Part shown: positions 53,035 through 61,070 of the stretch, in pieces
Layout: the number at the start of each line of letters is the position of its first letter
Numbering within the stretch: position 1 is the first letter of the stretch
Origin: Tubulanus polymorphus
Taxonomy: Eukaryota > Animalia > Nemertea
Direction: 5' to 3'
DNA: 64,000 nucleotides
NCBI RefSeq assembly: GCF_964204645.1
Contig: NC_134026.1
Coordinates: 14,480,150-14,544,149, forward strand
The notes under the pieces: model-generated
What the model was told of the DNA's origin: nothing
Databases searched by the model: none
What the model saw: the letters and a program-made list of their open reading frames with translations, nothing else
Program-made: the position numbers and the translations under genes

Positions 53035-56000
53035 TTACGAGTTTTTTCGCTTCACTTTAGCGGCATGGTCATCCCAATAGGCTCGAATGATTTCAGGAGG
53101 CAGGTTTTCGGCTGGCTCAAACGTGTTCTCATTATCGTCATAGCCAACCCATTTTATAAGATATTTCAGAATGCCTTTCTCTTTTTTGTGACGAATCACT
53201 CGTTCTACGTAATAGATTGGCTCAACCGGATTCTCAGGCTGATTTTGATCGCCCGGATCATCCGGTGCGAGCACAGGCCCCTCCTCGGGTTGATCCCTGT
53301 CCTCCCTGTCAATAGGTAGATTCTCAGGTATGTCGTCCTCAAGCGGCCTAATGTCCATTGAAATGAAATGCTTCATTCTATTACAATGTACTGGGACGGC
53401 CAACTCTTGATTCCTCTCATTCTCCAAAATGAAAGATACAGGAGAAATCTGTCGGACAATTCGATAAGGGCCCGTCCATTGATGAAGCAATTTCTTACTA
53501 AGCCTCTTTATTTTCTTTGGAGTGAATAGCAACACTTGATCACCTACTGCGAAATTTGGAGGAACGGCAGTCCTGTCGAAACGTTCCTTCATCTTCTCCT
53601 GCGCCTTTTTGATATTAGCCTTGGCCAACTTTCTGGCCCCCTTCAACTTTGGCAACATTGCTTGGACAAAGCCTCCTGCATCAAAGTAAACGTCCCTCGG
53701 ATTAAGTAAAGCAACGTCCATCGGCAACCTCGGTTCTCGGCCATACATGAGGTAGAATGGCGAGTATTGCGACGTATCCGAAGCTGGACTTACCCGATAT
53801 GCAAATAGAATGGGATAAAGGTATTCGTCCCAATCGGATTGGCGTTCATTGCAGTACATGCTCAGAGCCTTGACAATCACAAGATTCATGTGCTCGACTT
53901 GTCCCTGAGTTTGTGGTCTATACGCACTGGACCGTGCTCGTGGCGTATTACATAGCCGCGACCCCTCGCTGACTAATTTACTCAGGAAATTTGTTCCGCG
54001 ATCGCTCTGCAAGACAGAGGGCGCCCCATGGCGACAAATGATTTGTTCATAGAAGATCGTAGCGACCGTCGTGGCTTCTTGATTAGGCATAGCAAAGCTT
54101 CAACCCACTTTGTAAGATAGTCGACAAAGACCAATATGTATTTATTTCCCGAGTCCGTTGTTGGAAAAGGACCACAGACATCCATTGAGACTCTATCCCA
54201 CGGCCCTGTGACAGCTATGGGGTTAACCGGGGCCCTAATGGGCTTCCCTGGCTGATTCTTAGTCGCACAGTCCTTACAGGATTTAATCAAATTTTCAACA
54301 TCTCGATACATACCAGGCCAGTAATACCTTGCTCGCAAGGTTTTTCGTAGGTCCGTTTGTGACCCAAGTGACCGCCAGTCATTGAATCATGACCAGCCTC
54401 TAACATTTCTGCATACATTCTTTTAGGTATGACTAACTGGCGAGGCCCATCAGCCTCAATTTTCTTTTTAGAGTCTACATGGTAAAGAACTCCATCATCA
54501 TTAACAAAGAAGTAGTCTGACTGCAAGATAATTCTCCGGGCTTCCTTGTCATCATCTGGCAAGGTACCATCGAGTAAATAGTCTATAAGACACACTAATT
54601 GTAAATCAGACCGCTGGAGCTCAGGCTGGGCACAGGCTCATTGTCAGCCTCGAGAGCACACGTGTCGATAGTGTCTTCCATACTATCAGAAATGGGATAC
54701 GGGCGACGAGAGAGCCCATCGGCGTTCCCGTTTGCCTTGCCCGGACGATGCGATATGGAGTAATCAAATTGCTCTAAGTAGAGTGCAATACGGCCAACAC
54801 GACCCGAAAGTGTTTTCATGGTCTGAAGATACCGTAAGCAACTGTGGTCTGTGATAATCTCAAAATGATATCCCGTAAGTAGGGTTCAAACTTTTTGACC
54901 CCCGCCGCAACAGCTAAGAGTTCACGGTCGGTTGTGGAATAATTCCTTTCTGTCCTATTTAATCCACGGCCGGCATAGGCAATTGCCCTTTCCTGTCCAT
55001 CCTGGACCTGCGCCAACACCATACCGATTCCATCATCTGATGCATCGGTATATAATAAGAATGGCGAGGCCCCATAAATGGGAAAGGCCAAACTGGGGCT
55101 TCGAGCATAGCTTGCTTAAGGGTGTCAAAAGCCTGCTGACAGGAAGCATCCCATGTATATGCCACGCCTTTCTTAGTCAACTGGTGTAAAGGGGCGGCGA
55201 TAGAGCTGTAACCTCTACAAAATCGCCTATAATAATTTGTAAAACCCAGAAAACTGCGTAGTTCCTTGAGGTTTGTGGGAATAGGCCATTCCTGTATAGC
55301 AGCTACCTTTTCCGGATCAGTAGCGATCCCGTCCTTTGATATTCGATGTCCAAGGAAGTCAATGGTTTTGACAGCAAACCGACATTTCTTGGGATTTAGG
55401 CGAAGGCCTGACTCACGAAATCGATCGAAAATTTGAGCCAGGTGAATTAAACGACCATCAAAAGAATTCGAGTAACAGATAATATCGTCCAAATATACTA
55501 GACAAAATTTCCCAACCAAGTCTCTCAGCACACCACCAGTCAACCTCTGAAAGGTAGATGGCGCCGATTTCAGACCAAATGGGAGTACCTCAAATTCCAA
55601 AAGAGACGACTGTGTTATAAAAGCAGTCTTATCCCTACTGGCCTCGTCAACTTCAACTTGCCAGTAGCCACTCAGAAAATCAAGTGAGCTAAAGAATGTA
55701 GGTGCCGCTTGACCAACCTGTGCCAAGAGATCATCGATGCTAGGCAGGGGAAAAGAGTCTGAACGGGTGACAGCATTCAATCCCCGATAGTCAACATATC
55801 ACTTGACATCTCCACTTGACATCTCCGTCCGGGCTCTTTCTTCGTACGAGAACTACTGGGGCGGCCCATGGGCTAGTACTATGCTGTACTACTCCCATGT
55901 CCAACATCTGTTTGAAATGTGTGTCGATGACATCTTGCATGGCTGGAGAGGCTCTATAAGGCCTTTTCCGAATCGGGGCTGCGTCCCCTGTGTCAATGAC

Positions 56001-58005
56001 GTGCTTGACTAAGTCGGTTTTGCCAAGTTCGTCCGGCGTTCGTGCGAAGATGTCCCTGTATGAGCGGATGAGTTCTAAAAGTGTCAAATTTTGTGATGGT
56101 GAAAGGTCTGAGTTTGACATCGATTTCAGGTATTCCAATGTCAGCGGATGTCTGAGGGTGTTTTACATGTGTGACCGACACCTCTGGAGGTCGGGTCAGC
56201 TGTCCCGAATTCCCTTCATTCTTCAGGGATTTGTCAAGTGACCACCCATCTGTCCATAAGTGGCCAAGATATATATCCTCATAGAGGGTGACATGTCGTG
56301 ACGCGGGATTCATGACCCGAACTGGAATGCCTGATTGTGTAACGTCGACAACTGACCTCGCACTCATAAGATCATGTGCCCTTAATTGATTTGCCGGCTC
56401 AAAGACTGCCACCGACGCTTGTGTCCTGTCAATCGAATATTTTCCGTCTATGATGACCTCACATGAGGGGGGGGAATGACAGTCATTCGCGTAACCTTGA
56501 CGGACGAAGACTTGCCCAAATTGACAGTATTGTTGAAGTAAATTGCATCGGCCCCTGGTAACAAAAGGGCCTTTCTTGCATAATCAATAACTGCCTGGTT
56601 TTGATCTAAGAAATCAGCTCCAAGAATTACATCGGACGTGATACCGTCTACCACGTACATAGAGTGCGTAATTTCCAAATTGCCTAACACAAAATCCACA
56701 GAAATAACTCCTCTCAGGTCAAATTTAGTTCCATCTACCCCACGGGCAGATTGGAATTGACCGACCTGCAAAGGGCCATTTGATATCTGAGGATGAGTCG
56801 TAAAATAATCGTTCGATAATACAGAGATTTCGGCGCCCGTGTCGATCAAAATACTTAACACTAAGTGTCCCCGAATGGCTACCTGTCACTCGGTTAGCGA
56901 CAGTTGCCATGATTGACGGGGAATAAACCTCTTGTTCAATAGGATTATTCTGACTAGAAAGAGACCCTATGTCGTTGGTTGGCGTGTTACCTAAAGTCGT
57001 CGTAATAGTTGGAAGTTGTTCCTGACAGTGAATAGTAGGTTGAAACTCGGAGTTCGAATCTCCTATTCCAACATTGTCGTTGATTGGCATAATCGGTTTA
57101 GACGTGGGGACAACCTGACCTCTGTCCTGTACGTTGGACATTTCATTACCGATTGGTTGATGAAAACCGCTGGTATTCGAGGTGACAGGACGATCCTGTT
57201 CTTTTTCGAATAACTGACAACAATTTTCCGATGTTGACACCTGATTTGATACATTTGATACGACAGTCTCCGTATCATGATGATCATTACGACATTCCGA
57301 CCGCGAACTGTTATTACTTAAATCAACTGACACTATGTCACATTGTACCGCTGATTCGGAAGTTACCGGGTACTTATACTGATCAGGAGTGCGTTCGTGA
57401 CAATTCAATTGAGACTTCTTATCTCTAAAAAGGTCATCTTCTGCCGTATCCGTCGGACCATTAACCCCTCTAGGGTGTGACCTATCAACACTAATATTGT
57501 CACCCGAGCACGCCATATCTGCACGTACCTCCTGCAATTCAACCGGATCGCTAAACGTGACCCTCCTGTGTCTTTTTACAGGCTCTCTAGTAACCGACAA
57601 CTGGGAATTATTCCTCCAGCTGTCCTCAAAATTTGATCCCCGATCCATATAAAAATTTCCATCTAACGACAACTGGGAATTGTCCCTCCAGCTGTCCCCT
57701 AAGTTACGATCCTGAATGCCATAATCGTCATCGGCCCCCCATGAAGGAGTGTGATAGCCGATAAACCTATCTAAATCCAATGACTCATCGTCATCAAAGT
57801 AATACGAATTATAATTGTCCTCAGTCTCAAAATAACTGTCAACTGAATCTGCTAGCATGTCGCCCTGATTAAATGACACGTCAAATATACCATCCCTATC
57901 GTCCTCAAAATAATCATCATAATCAAAAATATAATTGTCAATTTCCGGACAGTCGTTGTCATATCTATGATACCCCGAACATTTGTCATCCCACAAAAAA
58001 ATCAC
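53035..58005 (-). pseudogene. pol: Gypsy pol, multiply frameshifted
   Basis: Protease LIDTGA, RT YLDD, RNase H YTDAS, integrase GHLG..C..C / SDRG / GQVE, and C-terminal chromodomain YYVERVI..YLIKWVGY..NTFEPAENL. A long acidic linker precedes the protease. Confidence 0.92.
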
Positions 58006-58052
58006 TCATTATCGCCGAATCGGGCGAGGGCTCTGTTGACCATTCATTTCGC

Positions 58053-58099
58053 GACCCCACCCTTGTCGGTTCATAGGATGAGGTCTCCGGTCGTTTCCC
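58053..58099 (-). promoter_or_regulatory. Candidate -1 ribosomal frameshift signal at the gag/pol junction
   Basis: G GGA AAC heptamer, a 7-nt spacer, then an 11-bp stem GACCTCATCCT / AGGGTGGGGTC with G-U pairs. Confidence 0.5.
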
Positions 58100-59156
58100 T
58101 GACTAAATTTTCGATTAGCCCCTTGGAGCCACGCCCAATATTCTGTGGCCAAAACTGACCCCTACTAGCATTTTGGGGACGGCGATTATCACGCTGAAAT
58201 GCGTCCCGGTTTGGTGACCTTTGTTGGTCGTAACGCCACGTCGGGCAATTCCTGGCGTAATGACCAGGGGCGTGACATTGATAGCACACCACCCGGCCAT
58301 CCTGTGACCTTTGTGACGGGCGGCATTCGCTATAAAATGTGGCTCTATCATTCCGTTGAGTACGGGTAGACTTCTGGATGTCCATAATTTGGCGGAACAT
58401 GTCCCGTAACTCAGTCATAACGTCACCCATCGCTTTATTTGGTTCGGTCCCAATTTGCGATACCTTGGGAGACGACAGAGCTTTACGTTGTTCGATATGC
58501 TCCGCCATTCTGGCTGCCTCCGCATCCCTAAATGTCGTCGGACGCTGTGACAACAGGTAGACAGAGATGTCAGGGCGAGAGTTGTTAATTAGTGACATCT
58601 TTTTCTGGTGGTCCGAAAATTTCAAACTCGAGGCCACACGATCAATCTCTTCCGCAAACCTATTGTCCGGTTGTGTCTCCCCATGTCGTATCGTCGTCAA
58701 AGCCGACTCCTTGACCAAAGCCAACGAGGTGGGGCTAAATTGCGCGCAAAACGCACGGACAATATTTTCCCAGGGAGTGACAACTTTGCCACCGGCCGCA
58801 TCGGTTCCCTGATCAATGCAGAGGTCATTGAATAGAACTAGGGCTGGGCCAGCCAAAAACCAATATAATTGCTTCTTTTTTGCAATTTCGTCCCAGCCCC
58901 TAAGCTCGGCCAAACGATCGAACCCTCTGAACCAATCAGAGACGCACTGACTGTCTCGTCCCGTGAATTTGGGGAGCATAGAAAAATTCATAAAAGCGGT
59001 GGCCGTGTCCACCTGCTCCCGTAGGCCTGAGAGGGCCTCCAGGACCGTGTTATCGTTAACGGGGGGATGACCCTGTGGGACCCCTTCGGCAGGGGGTTGC
59101 CCCTGCAAGCCGCCCGCACCGTCCTGCCCGTATGCAGTGCCGCTTCTAGTAGCCAT
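58071..59156 (-). CDS. gag: Gypsy gag
   Basis: LPKFTG..W capsid-like start and CCHC knuckle CYQCHAPGHYARNC. Confidence 0.88.
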   Translation of the reverse strand: MATRSGTAYGQDGAGGLQGQPPAEGVPQGHPPVNDNTVLEALSGLREQVDTATAFMNFSMLPKFTGRDSQCVSDWFRGFDRLAELRGWDEIAKKKQLYWFLAGPALVLFNDLCIDQGTDAAGGKVVTPWENIVRAFCAQFSPTSLALVKESALTTIRHGETQPDNRFAEEIDRVASSLKFSDHQKKMSLINNSRPDISVYLLSQRPTTFRDAEAARMAEHIEQRKALSSPKVSQIGTEPNKAMGDVMTELRDMFRQIMDIQKSTRTQRNDRATFYSECRPSQRSQDGRVVCYQCHAPGHYARNCPTWRYDQQRSPNRDAFQRDNRRPQNASRGQFWPQNIGRGSKGLIENLVRETTGDLIL

Positions 59157-59219
59157 AATATTGTTGAAACGGAGTAATTCTAATTATATTTAAGTATTTC
59201 TATACTACTATGTTAAATA

Positions 59220-60005
59220 CTAAACTCGATCCTGATGATCGGCCCAACAAAGCAGCTTTTCCCAAATGCGGTCAATGTCCGCCACAGTCAACTCTTCGTT
59301 CGACAACGACAAAAGAATGTCGTCAATCCCCTCAAAATTCCACGAAAATGAAGGGCTGGGGACAGACTGCTTCTCTAAAAATGGGCTTAAACACTGACCA
59401 GGTGAAAGATCTAATGGCTGGTCAACCGCAGACAGACCCCAAGGACAGGGCAGACACACCCCAAGGACAGGTCCAGTGGGAAAATTGGTACAGATGTTCC
59501 CAAAGATCCGCCAAACAATTGCCCAGCTGCAGTTGTGTCAACAGACGATGGTCTATCCGCCAACAATGGGGACAGGTCTAATGGCTGCTCTGTGTCCAAT
59601 GGACGTTCGGCATCCCCTGTAGGTCGAACCAGCCGATGAAGCCCGCGTGATAAGCTGGTCAGTCCCTATCGGGCTACAACGGTTCGAATCCGTACCCGAT
59701 GAATTCAGAGTGGGGAAAGAGGGTGCTGAGGGCGGACAAGTGCACCGTATCCGGTCGTAAAAGACCGCTAGCGTTGGGCACGTGCAGTATAAACAAGTGT
59801 CTTGTAACTCAAAGTCCGTTAGCCGGGAATACGGAGTCCCACTATTATTGTCCCTAGAAGGTGACCGTGCTGCAGCTATTGATGTCGGAGTTGCGGGTGT
59901 CAAGCGCACCGCAACGAGACACCTCTTTCGGGGTGGGGCACCCAAATAACCAGCGCTAGGGCGTTTGGTTGTAACCCTTACCGTTATCGGCCCCGACATA
60001 AACAA
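59220..60005 (-). pseudogene. Accessory ORF upstream of gag with three PLDLS motifs, frameshifted
   Basis: Three overlapping ORFs (59553-60005, 59411-59599, 59220-59459) containing PPRKR, a Cys cluster, 3x PLDLS and an acidic C-terminus. Confidence 0.55.
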
Positions 60006-60584
60006 TTGATAATATTATTAATAGAAAGGAAATGTATGATCATCAAGTAACACATTATTATTCGAAAATGGAATTATTAAATTCATGGAATCAATTGTAA
60101 AGCTGAAAAAAAAAAACGGTTATGCTTCGGTCAAAGGAATGATAGAGAAATTGTTACCTAGCAGTGCGGGTTTGCGTAGAACGTGTGATTCAGCTGTTAG
60201 CACTGACCGAGGCTACAATATTGTAACCTAGGTCGGTTCACTGCACAACTTTTTTTGTGAACACTGACCGAGGCTACAATATTGTAGCCTAGGTCGGTTC
60301 ACTGCATGACCTTTGCTTGCGATTACAGGCCCAACCCCAGTCGGTTGTTTTTACAGTATTTGAAGTACTGGCTAGTTGGATGTTTCCATAAATAAACAGT
60401 ATTTTGAAGATGGACATAGAGAATGTTTTTTATTTCGTCTTGAGAAGGTCCTACTGTTCAAAATATGAATTGAAATATAAAGGATGGAGTTAGTTTCCGT
60501 TCCCAATACTGTATTTATGCTTTTAATCATGAAGGATAATTGTGTTATAGCAATTATAGTGATAACCTACGACAGTTTCAAATT

Positions 60585-60990
60585 AGTAATAGGGGTAATG
60601 GGCTTTCATACCAAAGGTCGAACGGTCGAGCCCATTAAAAAACAAAATATTAAAAGTAATTAAAAAACTATAATATATTTTCATAACCGCGCGCATTTTA
60701 TATCAAAACTAAATATTTATTCTAAGATATCAATAATATAAAAAGCATATTGTATTAAATCAATTGGTCGCTCCACTTCGCTACCGCTCCGCTCCGCGAC
60801 CAATTGATTTAATTACAATACACAAATTCAAATAATCAAATATATTCAAATGATAATAATTATTCTATTATTCAACTGAAATGCACGCGGTTATGAAAAT
60901 ATATTATAGTTTTTTAATTACTTTTAATATATGTTATTAATGAACTCGATCATTAAACCTTTGATATGAAAGCCCATTACCCCTATTACT
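60585..60990. repeat. 406-bp imperfect terminal palindrome, 'flip' isomer
   Basis: Outer arms of about 110 bp (AGTAATAGGGGTAATGGGCTTTCATA...TATGAAAGCCCATTACCCCTATTACT), an unpaired middle, and an inner stem TTAAATCAATTGGTCGC / GCGACCAATTGATTTAA. Confidence 0.92.
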
Positions 60991-61070
60991 CTTAAAATAT
61001 TCACATATATGAATAACATTTAAATCATTGAACTTCTAAAATCAATTTTAATAAAAAATATAGTATTAAA

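Larger units (their letters stand above)
50321..60005 (-). mobile_element. Gypsy/Metaviridae element with accessory ORF, gag, pol (PR-RT-RH-IN-chromodomain) and env; LTR pair not identified
   Basis: Domain order and motifs are listed in the features below. The region is clearly higher in GC than its flanks. Confidence 0.92.

Noticed and set aside
50598-59581. Numerous + strand ORFs over the Gypsy element, and antisense ORFs over the PolB, PLE and ISL2EU genes
   Set aside because: They are shadows of coding frames on the opposite strand and have no recognisable motifs.
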